Shown here one piece after another: positions 28,783 to 39,151 of a stretch of DNA of 64,000 nt; position 1 is the first letter of the stretch, and each line of letters starts with the position of its first letter. Origin of the DNA: an uncultured Terracidiphilus sp. (lineage in GTDB: Bacteria > Acidobacteriota > Terriglobia > Terriglobales > Acidobacteriaceae); the NCBI GenBank assembly GCA_964552975.1, contig CAZKJB010000001.1, forward strand, positions 3,897 through 67,896. The letters run 5' to 3'. Under the pieces are notes generated by a model. That model searched no databases, had not been told where the DNA came from, and was given only the letters and a program-made list of their open reading frames with translations. The translations under genes and the position numbers were made by a program.

Positions 28783-28827
28783 GCTCTAACTGGTCCAGGC
28801 AAAATGCTGGACCGGTTAGAGTGTTTT
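28783..28827 (+). terminator. Strong hairpin / putative intrinsic terminator
   Basis: 15-bp stem 28784-28798 with 28807-28821 (one G-U pair), followed by TGTTTT. Confidence 0.6.
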
Positions 28828-28859
28828 CCCCAACTACACCACCCATCAGAGTCTGATCC

Positions 28860-30251
28860 ATGCAACCTGAAAATCTTTTCTTCGGCGGAGGTGCTGGTAC
28901 TACAAATCTGCATCCATTGGTCGTGGTGTTCCTGCTCATTGCCATTCCCCTCATCCTGTTTCTTCCTCGCAACAAGGCAATCATTCCTTTCGTAATCGCT
29001 TTCTTTACGATTCCATTTGCTCAAGTCGTCTTGTTGGGACCGCTGCACTTCCCGGTCGTGCGAATCCTAATTTTGACAGGATTGGCTCGAGCTTGTTTTC
29101 CGGTAAAAGATGGGAAAAGAAAGTTTGCCGGCGGGTTTAACAAGGTTGATCAGGTGGTGGTTCTCTGGGCGTTTGCAGCGTATCTCGTTGTCTCTGCTCA
29201 ATGGATGCAAGGGCAGGCCATGATCAAGTTCACAGGGGATCTTCTGGATACGCTTGGAGGCTATGTAGCGGTGCGTTTCCTGGTAAGCGACCGCGAAGCT
29301 GTCGGCAACGCGTTGAAGGGATTGGCCGTAGTTTGTGTGACTCAGGGCATATGTATGGTCAGCGAGCACTTCACTTACCATAATGTTTTTGCGGTCCTTG
29401 GAGAAAACGAGCCTACGATCCGTGAAGGCCACGTCCGTGCCGAGGGAGCTCTGGGCACGCTCTTCGGAGGCACCTTCGCAGGAGTCTCGATCCCGATGTT
29501 CCTGTCGCTGTGGCCCGAAAAGAAACTAAGAAAAGTCATCTATATTGGCGTCGCAGGCGCGACCGCAATGTGCTGGGCATCCCACGCAAGCACGTCCATA
29601 GCGGCTTTCGGTGCCAGCCTGCTGGCGCTCTGCTTCTGGCCGATCCGGAAACAAATGCGGCTCGTTCGGTGGGGAATCGTAGCTACGCTAGTCGGATTGC
29701 ACATGGTCATGCATGGTCCGGTCTGGTCGCTCCTCGAAAAAATCGACCTCGGTGGCGGCTCATCCAACTATCACCGATACATGCTGGTCGATAATTGCAT
29801 ACGCCATTTTGGCGCCTGGTGGTTTCTGGGAACTACGCATTACGGCGAATGGGGATTCGATATGTGGGATCTATGCAACCAATTCGTCGCGGTTGCGTTG
29901 ACCGGGGGCCTCATATCCTTAGTCTTCTTCATCATGATTTACAGCCGCGGCTTTTCCATGATTGGGAAGGCGAGAAAACGGGTAAGCGGAAATTTTAGCC
30001 TTGAATGGAGCCTCTGGGCGTTTGGAGCAGTTCTGTTCGCCGATGTCGTCGCATCGTTTGGCATCAATTACATGATTCAGTTGCAGACGGAACTGTTTCT
30101 CTCACTCGCTTGCATTTCCGTCATCTCGCTTAATGCGGTAAGGGAGAAAGCTCGAACTGTTGCGGCACGAGAAACAGTGCTGCTTAGCCCTCAAGTCAGT
30201 ATGGCTGGCGCGGAGCTGCTCGCCGCTGAACATCAAAGAACAGGAACGTAG
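28860..30251 (+). CDS. Wzy/O-antigen-ligase-like polymerase
   Basis: About 12 TM segments; SSNYHRY..WWFLG..DLCNQF periplasmic loop typical of Wzy_C proteins. Confidence 0.75.
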   Translation: MQPENLFFGGGAGTTNLHPLVVVFLLIAIPLILFLPRNKAIIPFVIAFFTIPFAQVVLLGPLHFPVVRILILTGLARACFPVKDGKRKFAGGFNKVDQVVVLWAFAAYLVVSAQWMQGQAMIKFTGDLLDTLGGYVAVRFLVSDREAVGNALKGLAVVCVTQGICMVSEHFTYHNVFAVLGENEPTIREGHVRAEGALGTLFGGTFAGVSIPMFLSLWPEKKLRKVIYIGVAGATAMCWASHASTSIAAFGASLLALCFWPIRKQMRLVRWGIVATLVGLHMVMHGPVWSLLEKIDLGGGSSNYHRYMLVDNCIRHFGAWWFLGTTHYGEWGFDMWDLCNQFVAVALTGGLISLVFFIMIYSRGFSMIGKARKRVSGNFSLEWSLWAFGAVLFADVVASFGINYMIQLQTELFLSLACISVISLNAVREKARTVAARETVLLSPQVSMAGAELLAAEHQRTGT

Positions 30252-30563
30252 GCCTTTCGTTCCCCAACTCCTGCCGATCGCAACTTCATCTTAGATCTGT
30301 AAGTGCCGAATTTGCGGCCCTGCACCGTGCGGCGCGCTCGCCAGTCTCATTCCCCTGACTTGCCGCATTGGCCTCAACTTGGCGATTGCCGCGGGCGGCT
30401 CGGATCGGCTTCGAGCGGTTCGAACAACCGATTCTTCGCCTGAAGAGGCGTTTCGAATACAACAGACGACCTGGCGAAATCAAGAAAACCGCGGTGCCAC
30501 CGCATCACGTCGCTAGTTTCGAGCTCTACTCAGTTTTGACCGAAGGCCTCACGGAGGCGACCA

Positions 30564-31790
30564 TTGAGTCTCAGCAATAAACCCACGCGTGTTCTGTACA
30601 GCTTTCCTCTGCGGCTTGGCGCGAGTCGAATCTGCTACACAGCCTGGCAGCAGGTAAATGGATTAGCGAGTGCGGGAGCGGATTTGCTTGTATTCCCCGC
30701 CTCTCTTGGCCGGCCGGTCCCCGCCGGAGTCAAAGTCGTCCCGACTCTCGCCCGAGGCAGTCTTCGTCTTCCATTCCGAGCTGTAGGAAGTGCGCGGGCG
30801 GTGGCCTTGCATGACTGGATCGTTGCCCGGCGGATTGAAAAACTCGCAGGCCAGATCGATATCATTCACGCCTGGCCGACCGGTTCGCTCGAGACATTGA
30901 AGGTCGCTGCTGCTCTAGGCATACCGACTGTTCTCGAGAGACCGAATGCGAATACTCGTTTTGCCATGGAAGTGGTCAAGGAGGAATGCGACCGATTGGG
31001 TGTCGTGCTCCCGGCCGATCACGAGCATGCCTACGATGAGAAAAAGTTGAGGCGGGAAGAGGCTGAATACAAACTCGCTACCCGCCTCCTTTGCCCATCG
31101 GAGTTCGTGGTCAAGACCTTTGTCGACAAAGGATATCCCAGAGAACAGCTTGTGCGGCATATATATGGATACGATGAAACCGTCTACTTCCCGGGTCCCG
31201 AGGCAAGAGATCCCCGGCAAGGGTTGACGATGATTTTCGTCGGCGTATGTGCGGTTCGCAAAGGCGTGCACTTCGCACTGGAAGCGTGGCTCGATTCGCC
31301 GGCAAGTAAAACCGGAAAATTCTTGATCGTAGGAGAATTTCTTCCAGCTTATCAAGAAAAGCTCGCGAAAATGCTCGCCCATCCAAGTGTGAAGGTTTTG
31401 GGCCACCGCAATGATGTCGCGGACCTCATGCGCCAAAGCGACATTTTCGTGTTGCCCAGCATTGAAGAGGGATTTGGGCTCGTGGTTACTGAGGCGATGG
31501 GCTGCGGCTGTGTCCCACTCGCATCCGAGGCGTGCACTGAGATTTGCAGCCACATGGAAACCGGCATGGTACACCAGATTGGCGACGTCCGGACGCTTTC
31601 TCAGCAGATCACTCAGCTGCATGAGGACCGCGCACTGCTTCAACGATTGCGCGCCAACTCTCTTAAGGCATGTCCTGACATCACCTGGACAGCAGCGGGT
31701 GTCAGACTTCTTGACGCTTATCGCGAAACAATCGACGCTCACAAGCATTCTGCAACTGCCGCACACTTCGAGCACCCTGTTCCAGCTTGA
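30564..31790 (+). CDS. Glycosyltransferase family 4
   Basis: RKGVH, FVLPSIEEGFGLVVTEAMGCG; TTG start after GGAGG. Confidence 0.9.
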   Translation: MSLSNKPTRVLYSFPLRLGASRICYTAWQQVNGLASAGADLLVFPASLGRPVPAGVKVVPTLARGSLRLPFRAVGSARAVALHDWIVARRIEKLAGQIDIIHAWPTGSLETLKVAAALGIPTVLERPNANTRFAMEVVKEECDRLGVVLPADHEHAYDEKKLRREEAEYKLATRLLCPSEFVVKTFVDKGYPREQLVRHIYGYDETVYFPGPEARDPRQGLTMIFVGVCAVRKGVHFALEAWLDSPASKTGKFLIVGEFLPAYQEKLAKMLAHPSVKVLGHRNDVADLMRQSDIFVLPSIEEGFGLVVTEAMGCGCVPLASEACTEICSHMETGMVHQIGDVRTLSQQITQLHEDRALLQRLRANSLKACPDITWTAAGVRLLDAYRETIDAHKHSATAAHFEHPVPA

Positions 31791-31842
31791 GTGCGGCCCT
31801 GAGACCAGAAGGAAGACCACCCTGATTTCCGAGCCACTTTGA

Positions 31843-32844
31843 ATGAGCCTGAAGGCATCTGTTGTTATCCCGACCTATAATCGAGCCGAAAAAGTCAGAT
31901 GCGCTGTTTCATCTGTGCTTCAGCAGACTTTCACTGATTTCGAAGTGATTGTCGTTGACGATGGCTCGTCGGACGATACACAACAAGTCCTGAAATCGAC
32001 ATTTGGGAATAAAATTCGCTACTTTTGGCAGCAGAATCAGGGCGCAAGCGTCGCCCGCAATCGGGGAGTCGAAGAAGCAAGAGGCGAGTGGATCGCATTT
32101 CTTGATTCCGATGATCGATGGGAGAAAACAAAGCTCGAGTGGCAGTTCAAAGCTCTCGATCAACTTGGCTCCAAATGCGGTGGCTGCTACACCGACGTTC
32201 GCTTCTTCAACCACACGGAACAAAAGACCATGTTCCAACTGGCAGAATTGAACTATCGGCACGAGGGTGAAATCGGATTAAACAGCGATGTTCTGAGGTT
32301 GTTGGTCAGGCCCGGCGGAGCGGGAATGGTTGTCTGTCTGTCCTCCTTCGTTGGGCGAAAAGATCTCATCCAGGCAACCGGAGGATTCAATCCCGAATTG
32401 CTCTACAGCCAGGACAGTGAACTCTTGTTCCGTCTAGCGATGCGAACCGGGTTTGGTTATGTTAATCGCCCGCTCGTCTTGTTTGACCGCGCACCGGTTG
32501 AAGACCGCCATATCGGTGTAAGCGCGGAATGGAACAAAATTGATTTCTTTCTTCGCGATAGCCAACAGAGGCTTGAAGGTCTGTTGCCACTGACCGAGGG
32601 CCAGCCGGCAAAGGTTCGTGATCTCGTGCGTCGGCAACTCGGATTCATTCATAGCGGTTGGGTTAACTGTTATCTCGAAGAAAAACAGTATCGCAAGGCG
32701 CGCCAGGCAGCGCTGAAGGCAGCGCGATTTAACCCGACATTCGCCATTGCCTTTAAAACGCTCTTGACCTGGTTAAGCCCATCCCTGGCCCTGCGGCTCG
32801 TGCAAAGCAGGCAATCCAAGAAGGCTTCAGCGTTCACCGTATAG
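31843..32844 (+). CDS. Glycosyltransferase family 2
   Basis: VIPTYNR, VDDGSSD, GASVARN, FLDSDD. Confidence 0.9.
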   Translation: MSLKASVVIPTYNRAEKVRCAVSSVLQQTFTDFEVIVVDDGSSDDTQQVLKSTFGNKIRYFWQQNQGASVARNRGVEEARGEWIAFLDSDDRWEKTKLEWQFKALDQLGSKCGGCYTDVRFFNHTEQKTMFQLAELNYRHEGEIGLNSDVLRLLVRPGGAGMVVCLSSFVGRKDLIQATGGFNPELLYSQDSELLFRLAMRTGFGYVNRPLVLFDRAPVEDRHIGVSAEWNKIDFFLRDSQQRLEGLLPLTEGQPAKVRDLVRRQLGFIHSGWVNCYLEEKQYRKARQAALKAARFNPTFAIAFKTLLTWLSPSLALRLVQSRQSKKASAFTV

Positions 32845-32866
32845 AATCCGCCTCCGAAACCACAGT

Positions 32867-33874
32867 ATGAATAGTCCGACAACAATTTCGTCATTGCCTG
32901 ATCAAGAAAAAGCGTCAAGCCTTTCAGGGCCACACAGTGATCTCATCGCAGACTCCTGTCCGGCATGCGACCAAGGCGGAGCCCGGGAATGGTTGAGTGC
33001 GCCAGATCGTTTTCATGGCAGAAGCGAAAAGTATCGATTGGTGCGCTGCCCCAATTGTTCCCTTGTGTGGCTCGAAAATCCTCCACAACCGCCTGAGATG
33101 GGAGAGCATTACTCAACCGCGTACGACAGGCTGATTTCGGCTGCGGGACAAAACTCTCCGGGCCGTTGGCGGGACCGCAATGCGGCCTTGGCGCCATATG
33201 TACAATCCGGCGCCATCTTGGACCTGGGATGCAGTTCGGGCGCTTTCCTCAGGACCCTTCGCGGCAACAAGTGGAACCTTTTCGGCATAGAAATGTCGGC
33301 TGCGTCCGCAGAGGACGCACGAGAAAATAGCGGGGCTACCGTTTACGTTGGGGATATCCTCGATGCCACGTATCCAGACGAAAGCTTTGATGTCGTGACC
33401 TGCTTTGATGTTTTCGAGCATCTCTATGAACCGCGGCGCGTGATCGCTCGGATAGCCAAATGGCTAAAGCCGGGAGGGATCTTTTATGTCCTGGTGCCAA
33501 ACATCGATTCGGCAGAGGCGCGTGTATTTGGAACATATTGGCATGGCCTCGAATTGCCGAGGCACCTCTTCCATTACTCGCCGAAGTCGTTGAGACTCCT
33601 GGCGGAATCTGCGGGGCTTCACGAAGTATCGCTTGAGACGCACCGCAATCCCGCGGTCGGAACCAGTCTCCGCTACGTGTGGGATGGGGTCTTTCGTTCC
33701 GTTGGCATTCGCCGAACACCTGCGGCCTATCTTGGTGAAGCCAGCCTCCCGTGGAAAGTGGCGCGGAAACTTACGCGCATGACGATCTTGCGTGCGCTCC
33801 TGGCCATGGCTCCTCTTGCCGGGCAGGGCGAATCGATTCACGCGATCTTTAGAAAAGAGACGGGTTCTAAGTAG
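32867..33874 (+). CDS. Class I SAM-dependent methyltransferase with N-terminal Zn-ribbon
   Basis: CPAC...CPNC; ILDLGCSSG; DVFEHL; PRHLFHY. Confidence 0.88.
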   Translation: MNSPTTISSLPDQEKASSLSGPHSDLIADSCPACDQGGAREWLSAPDRFHGRSEKYRLVRCPNCSLVWLENPPQPPEMGEHYSTAYDRLISAAGQNSPGRWRDRNAALAPYVQSGAILDLGCSSGAFLRTLRGNKWNLFGIEMSAASAEDARENSGATVYVGDILDATYPDESFDVVTCFDVFEHLYEPRRVIARIAKWLKPGGIFYVLVPNIDSAEARVFGTYWHGLELPRHLFHYSPKSLRLLAESAGLHEVSLETHRNPAVGTSLRYVWDGVFRSVGIRRTPAAYLGEASLPWKVARKLTRMTILRALLAMAPLAGQGESIHAIFRKETGSK

Positions 33875-33961
33875 TCATTCCTGGTCAGCCCGTTACCTTC
33901 GTTGAAACAAATTTCTGTCATTCAACTCCGATTTATCGAGTCTAACTAGACAAAGGAAAAG

Positions 33962-35437
33962 ATGAGTCTAAGCAGCAAATTCGCTGAAATGAAGGCTAAG
34001 ATTACCGCTTCGCTGATGGGCGATGCGCTTCGAGCCAAAGCTATGCGTGGTGGAGTGTGGCTTGGATCGGGCAGCGTAGCCGAGCAGACTGCGCGATTCG
34101 TCCGCAATATGATATTGACTCGGCTCTTGGCCCCCGGCGCATTTGGTGCAATGGCTCTTGTCAGCTCTTCTTCAGCAATTGTGGGCTCTTTAACTGAGAT
34201 TGGCCAAAGGCAAGCCGTCATTCAAAACCCGAGAGGTGGAGAGAAGGAGTATCTGGAAGCGGGTTGGTGGTTGGGCTTTTTGCGCTCCTTCGGAACCTAT
34301 CTAATCATTTTCGCAATGGCGCCGTTCGTCGCACATTTCTATGGCATGGAAGAACTATCGCCGTTGCTGCGGGTGGCCTTGCTCGGCGCTTTGTTTGATG
34401 GCGCCATGAGCCCCCGCTCGGCGCTGGCCCAAAGGGAGATGCGATTTGGCCGGTGGGCCATCATCAGCAATGGCGGCGCGATTTGCGGCGTGGTTCTAAC
34501 GGTCGTTCTCAGCTTTATTCTGCGGGACGTGTGGGCGTTGGCGATTGGGCTGGCAAGTGAGTATGCTTTCCGATGCCTGTTTTCCTACATCTTGTACCCC
34601 GGGCTTCCTTCGCTTCGTTGGGATCCGAGTGCTAGACGGGAGCTTTATAGTTACTCGAAGCAGGCGATGGGATTATCGTTTATGAATCTCATCTTTTCCC
34701 GTACCGACATCTTTGTCCTGGGAAAACTATATTCCCCGACTCAACTCGGTGTTTACTCAATGGGAGTCGCATTGATTGGGACTCCAGCTACCTTCGTGAT
34801 CAACATGCTGGCTCAGGCGCTTTTCCCGGCATTTGCCAAGGTCCAGCATGAGAAGGAACGTATCAATAAAATCCTCATCGAAGTTACTTCTTGGCTAATA
34901 CTTATCGGCTTGCCAGGGGCGGTTGTCGTTTATCTATGCGGTTCGACCCTTCTCTCGACGGCTTATGGCAGACGCTACGTAGGCGCGGCGGCTCCACTCG
35001 CAGTCGCCGGCATCGTCGTCCTTCTGAACACTCTCAATGCATGCATCACGTGTGTGTTTTCTGCCTTGGGACGTCCCGGCCTTCACCGGCGCGCCGTCGC
35101 GGCCTCGGCTGTGATTATGATCATCGTTAGCTATCCATGCTGCAAAGCTCTGGGCATCGTTGGCGGTCAGGTCGCGGCTCTCATGGCGATCATCGTAAGT
35201 TATGGCCTTCAGGTCGCGCGCATGCGTGATTTGACTGGATTGAATCTGCTTCGCTATGCGCGGCCTGTCGTGCCGGCCGCGCTGGCGGCTGCCGGAATTT
35301 TCTTAGTCGGCTATGGAATCCGTTTGCTTGGCCTCGCTGTTAATCCAGCAATTGACATTTCTCTGGTAATGGCAGCGTGCTTGATCGCCTATGGCCTAAG
35401 CGTTCCGGCGTTCATGCGGGCGAATCGTTCTACATAG
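33962..35437 (+). CDS. wzx: Oligosaccharide flippase (Wzx/WzxC family)
   Basis: LTRLLAPGAFG, LGVYSMG, LFPAFAK; 12-14 TM segments. Confidence 0.88.
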   Translation: MSLSSKFAEMKAKITASLMGDALRAKAMRGGVWLGSGSVAEQTARFVRNMILTRLLAPGAFGAMALVSSSSAIVGSLTEIGQRQAVIQNPRGGEKEYLEAGWWLGFLRSFGTYLIIFAMAPFVAHFYGMEELSPLLRVALLGALFDGAMSPRSALAQREMRFGRWAIISNGGAICGVVLTVVLSFILRDVWALAIGLASEYAFRCLFSYILYPGLPSLRWDPSARRELYSYSKQAMGLSFMNLIFSRTDIFVLGKLYSPTQLGVYSMGVALIGTPATFVINMLAQALFPAFAKVQHEKERINKILIEVTSWLILIGLPGAVVVYLCGSTLLSTAYGRRYVGAAAPLAVAGIVVLLNTLNACITCVFSALGRPGLHRRAVAASAVIMIIVSYPCCKALGIVGGQVAALMAIIVSYGLQVARMRDLTGLNLLRYARPVVPAALAAAGIFLVGYGIRLLGLAVNPAIDISLVMAACLIAYGLSVPAFMRANRST

Positions 35438-35556
35438 AACCTCATCCAGTTACTGAAAACATCTCATCCCGAATGCGATTGCATCAATAAATCGGTGTAA
35501 GGTTCAATCGGTTAGCTGCCAGTCCGAATTACCAGATCTTGTGCAAGGAGCTTAGC

Positions 35557-36249
35557 GTGCCGGCAATCAGTCGTCGACGTCCAAGTGAGGACCCTTTGGC
35601 GTTAATACCGAAATGCAGAACCAAGCTGAATAGCCTCTGGCTTCGGTGGTATTATCCCTTCTCATCAATTGGAAGCCGTGTTTCGTTTCATCACACCAGC
35701 AAGGTGTCTCGTCCCCGTGCAGGGAGGATCAGTTTAGGCAACTCGGTGAGCCTTCGGGAGTATGCATGGCTTAGTGTCGCTACTGAGGAGCCCTGGGGAG
35801 ATCCTGTCATCGTGATGGAGGACAATTGCCACGTCGGTTTCGGGAGTATTATCTCGGCCAGGAATCGAATTCACTTGGAGCCTCATGTGCTGGTCGGCCA
35901 AATGGTGCTGATCATTGATCACAATCACGCATATGAAGGCATCTCAACGCCGATTGTCGATCAGGGCATCAATGAGGGCGGCACCATCCGGATCGGAAGC
36001 GGAACCTGGATCGGTCATGGCGCCTCAATCATTTGCCCGCGGGGCGAGTTGAAGATCGGAAAAAACTGCGTGATCGCGGCGAATTCGATGGTCATGCGAA
36101 GCATTCCGGACTATTCAGTGGTTGCTGGATATCCGGCGACCATTATTCGCCAATTCGATCCCGAAAAAGGCATATGGCGAGCGGGTGGACGCAAAGACAG
36201 GGCAGTTTCCGCTGCGGAAGAAGCGCTGACGGCTGATCCTTTACGCTGA
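35557..36249 (+). CDS. Hexapeptide-repeat O-acyltransferase
   Basis: IIDHNH, IRIGSGTWIG, VVAGYPA; GTG start after AAGGAG. Confidence 0.85.
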   Translation: MPAISRRRPSEDPLALIPKCRTKLNSLWLRWYYPFSSIGSRVSFHHTSKVSRPRAGRISLGNSVSLREYAWLSVATEEPWGDPVIVMEDNCHVGFGSIISARNRIHLEPHVLVGQMVLIIDHNHAYEGISTPIVDQGINEGGTIRIGSGTWIGHGASIICPRGELKIGKNCVIAANSMVMRSIPDYSVVAGYPATIIRQFDPEKGIWRAGGRKDRAVSAAEEALTADPLR

Positions 36250-36566
36250 AGCGCAATTTCCTTGAGTACATTTGAGCGCCGTGTGCACTGGGCGCCGCGC
36301 CATCGTAAATGTAGTAGTAACTGGAAGTAAACCTCAGGCAGGTAGCGCGGCAACCTCTTCAACGTATCGAAACTAAACTTAATTAAGATCCAAAGGCGGA
36401 AGATCAGTGAAATGCGGTAATCGCTAATACTTGGATCTGATCGCTCACTGAACAGAGTTGAGCAAAATCCATACTGTGTGGGTCATTCTACCGAGGACCG
36501 ACAGGTTGCCAGCCACAATCTGGCCTTAACTAAAGAGGTCACGATGAACGACGAAAGGATACTTTG

Positions 36567-37346
36567 ATGGGCCCGATAGCAGGTGAGGCCGATTTGTTCT
36601 CCCTGCGCGGCAGGACGATTCTGGTAGCTGGAGGGACGCGCGGTATTGGCAGGGCTATTTCACTTCGCTTTGCGCGTGCAGGCGCTCACGTCATCGCCAA
36701 CTTCCTCCGAAACGAATCATCGGCGAATCAACTGACAGCGGAGGCAGCTCAAGAGAATCTACATATTTCTCTTTGCCGCGCGGACCTGACAACCGATAAG
36801 GGTCTCGAAGTAGTGAACCAGACGGTGACCGAAGCGCGTCCGCAATTGTCCGGACTTGTCTTTTGCGCAGCGACAGGAGTCCATCGCCCAATCGACGATC
36901 TTACTGACCGTCATTTCGATTTCATCTTCAATCTAAATACTCGAGCATTCTTCAAACTGGTGAAGCTCATCAAGCCGCATCTCTCTAATGGATCGAACAT
37001 TCTCGCAGTCAGTTCCTGGGGTGCTTCTCGTGCTCTTCCTGATTACTCGCTGATCGGCTCTTCGAAGGGTGCCCTGGAATCTCTGGCGCGGCACTTAGCC
37101 GCCGAATTGGCCGCTGCCGGAGTTCGCGTCAACATTCTCACCGCGGGCGCCGTTATGACCGATGCCTGGAAGTCGATCCCGAACAGTCAGAGTCGCATCG
37201 ACAAGACGGTTGAAAGAACCCCCTTGGGACGGCTCGTAACTGCCGAAGAAGTCGCCCACGCTGCGCAGTTTCTATGCTCCGATGCTGCCTCGGGCATCAT
37301 CGGACACACTTTGATTATTGACGGTGGCTCAGGGATTTTGGCCTGA
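36567..37346 (+). CDS. fabL: SDR resembling enoyl-ACP reductase III (FabL)
   Basis: GGTRGIG, AATGVHRP, YSLIGSSK (YxxxxxxK), RTPLGR; closely follows the B. subtilis FabL pattern as recalled. Confidence 0.72.
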   Translation: MGPIAGEADLFSLRGRTILVAGGTRGIGRAISLRFARAGAHVIANFLRNESSANQLTAEAAQENLHISLCRADLTTDKGLEVVNQTVTEARPQLSGLVFCAATGVHRPIDDLTDRHFDFIFNLNTRAFFKLVKLIKPHLSNGSNILAVSSWGASRALPDYSLIGSSKGALESLARHLAAELAAAGVRVNILTAGAVMTDAWKSIPNSQSRIDKTVERTPLGRLVTAEEVAHAAQFLCSDAASGIIGHTLIIDGGSGILA

Positions 37347-37404
37347 GAATTTACGAAGTTCGCTTGCCAACTCAAACACTCATTGAACAGAAGGAAAGGA
37401 TAAG

Positions 37405-37659
37405 ATGAGCGACAAAGAATACGTACTAAACAAAGTTCGTCAGGCCTTCAAAGCCGCGTTCGACATTGACCCGGAAACCGTAACTCTGGATACCAGTGCG
37501 AGCGATATTCCTCTGTGGGATTCCGTGGGCCATCTGTCTCTCGCTAGCAGCCTTGAAGAGGCGTTTGGAATCACTCTCGATGTGGATGAATTAATGGAGA
37601 TGGAGAACGTCCGGGAAATCGTCCGCGTCATTACTCCGAAGCTTTCTGAGAAAGTGTAA
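37405..37659 (+). CDS. Acyl carrier protein
   Basis: 84 aa, acidic, WDSVGHL motif, LEEAFGI. Confidence 0.88.
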   Translation: MSDKEYVLNKVRQAFKAAFDIDPETVTLDTSASDIPLWDSVGHLSLASSLEEAFGITLDVDELMEMENVREIVRVITPKLSEKV

Positions 37660-37660
37660 A

Positions 37661-39151
37661 TTGACTCACGATACCAGCTCGAATTTTGCCCATCGTCTCA
37701 TTGAGCGCCTCGGTCCGCGGTCCGGTTTCATTGATGCGGCCACCGGGAGTGCCATGGGGCCCGAGGAACTCCCGCGGCGCATCGCAGCCTACGGTACTCG
37801 ATTCGTGGCAGCCGGCCTCGGGGCAGGCGATCGAATATTGATCGGCTGCGCTCTCTCTCCGGCAAGCGCTTTGGCATATTTGGGTGCAATTTACGCGGGC
37901 TTGGTGGCTGTTCCCATAGACGAGCGGACTTTAATCACTTCAGCGCCGAGTCTGGTTGACGCCTGCGGCGCCAAGGCTGTTTGGAGCGAATCGGCTCTTC
38001 GCGGCGAAATTGCCCGCGAACTCGGAGTCCCTTCCCTGCATGGCGATCTAAGCGATGGTGTCAATCAGCTCATCCAACCTGCCGCTCGCTCAGCGTCGGA
38101 CTTGGCAGCCCTGATGGCGACGTCTGGCTCAACAGGCGTTCCCCGCTTCGTGATGGTAAGTCATGGAAACTTGTTAGCGAATACTGAAGCGATCATTCGC
38201 AGCCAAGCTCTGGCCCATGATGAAAGCGCAATGCTCATCTTGCCGGTAAGTTATTGCTTCGGCGCCAGTGTTTTGCATACACACCTGTATCAAGGCGGCT
38301 CCGTCGTTTTCGACCGGCGATTCATGTTTCCCGACAAAGTCCTTCAGGCCGCGGCGCAGTATGAATGCACCACATTTGCCGGCGTACCAACTGCCTATAA
38401 CATCCTTCTTCGGCGATCGAGTATTCGCCAGATCTCTATGCCGCATTTGCGCCGTTTTCTTCAGGCGGGCGGCGGCCTGGCGCGCGAGCGAGTCGCCGAG
38501 ATGCGTGAACTCTTTCCGCATGCCAGTTTCTATGTAATGTACGGGCAAACCGAAGCAACTGCGCGCATAACCTGTATGGATCCCGGCCGCTGGCACGAAA
38601 AAGAAGGAAGCGTGGGCCAGCCGCTCGATAACGTGACGGTGTCGATCGTTGACGACAATGGAAAGCCTGTCGAATCCAATCATGTCGGCCAACTCGTTGT
38701 AAAAGGGCCTTCGATTTGCCAGGGCTACTTTAACGACCCGGAGGAAACGCGCCGCGTATTCAAGGACGGTTGGCTGAAAACCGGTGACCTCGCGCGGCAG
38801 GACGCCGAAGGATTTCTGTGGATCGAAGGTAGAGCAGGATCTTTTCTCAAAATCAGGGGAACGCGCATCAGCCTGGCTGAAGTAGAAGCGAAAGTCGCTT
38901 CGATCCCCGGGATTTTCGAGTGCGGAGCCTGCGCGGTCGCGCACCCTGAAGCCGGCGAGGCGCTCGCGCTCTTTGTTGTGCCCGATGCGTCTGGGCAGCA
39001 CTTGACGAACGAAATCCGTCATCATTTGCCGGCTCATTGGACGCTTCATTCCATCCGCATCGTTTCTGAGTTGCCGAAAACATCGGCCGGCAAAATTGCG
39101 CGCGCGGCGCTTGCTGAAATGACCAAGGAGCTTCATGGAACAGCTCAGTGA
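37661..39151 (+). CDS. AMP-binding acyl-CoA/acyl-ACP ligase
   Basis: TSGSTGVPR, YGQTEA, TGDLA, PKTSAGKI. Confidence 0.9.
   Translation: MTHDTSSNFAHRLIERLGPRSGFIDAATGSAMGPEELPRRIAAYGTRFVAAGLGAGDRILIGCALSPASALAYLGAIYAGLVAVPIDERTLITSAPSLVDACGAKAVWSESALRGEIARELGVPSLHGDLSDGVNQLIQPAARSASDLAALMATSGSTGVPRFVMVSHGNLLANTEAIIRSQALAHDESAMLILPVSYCFGASVLHTHLYQGGSVVFDRRFMFPDKVLQAAAQYECTTFAGVPTAYNILLRRSSIRQISMPHLRRFLQAGGGLARERVAEMRELFPHASFYVMYGQTEATARITCMDPGRWHEKEGSVGQPLDNVTVSIVDDNGKPVESNHVGQLVVKGPSICQGYFNDPEETRRVFKDGWLKTGDLARQDAEGFLWIEGRAGSFLKIRGTRISLAEVEAKVASIPGIFECGACAVAHPEAGEALALFVVPDASGQHLTNEIRHHLPAHWTLHSIRIVSELPKTSAGKIARAALAEMTKELHGTAQ

Noticed and set aside
36338-36349. RfaH ops-like element GCAGGTAGCGCG (also GGTAGCG near 6026)
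   Set aside because: Only 9/12 match to GGCGGTAGCGTG, located far from the operon start, and likely by chance in 64 kb
36553-36570. prfB-like +1 frameshift site (AGG ATA CTT TGA)
   Set aside because: The +1 frame stops within a few codons; fabL is in the -1 frame and has its own ATG overlapping the TGA
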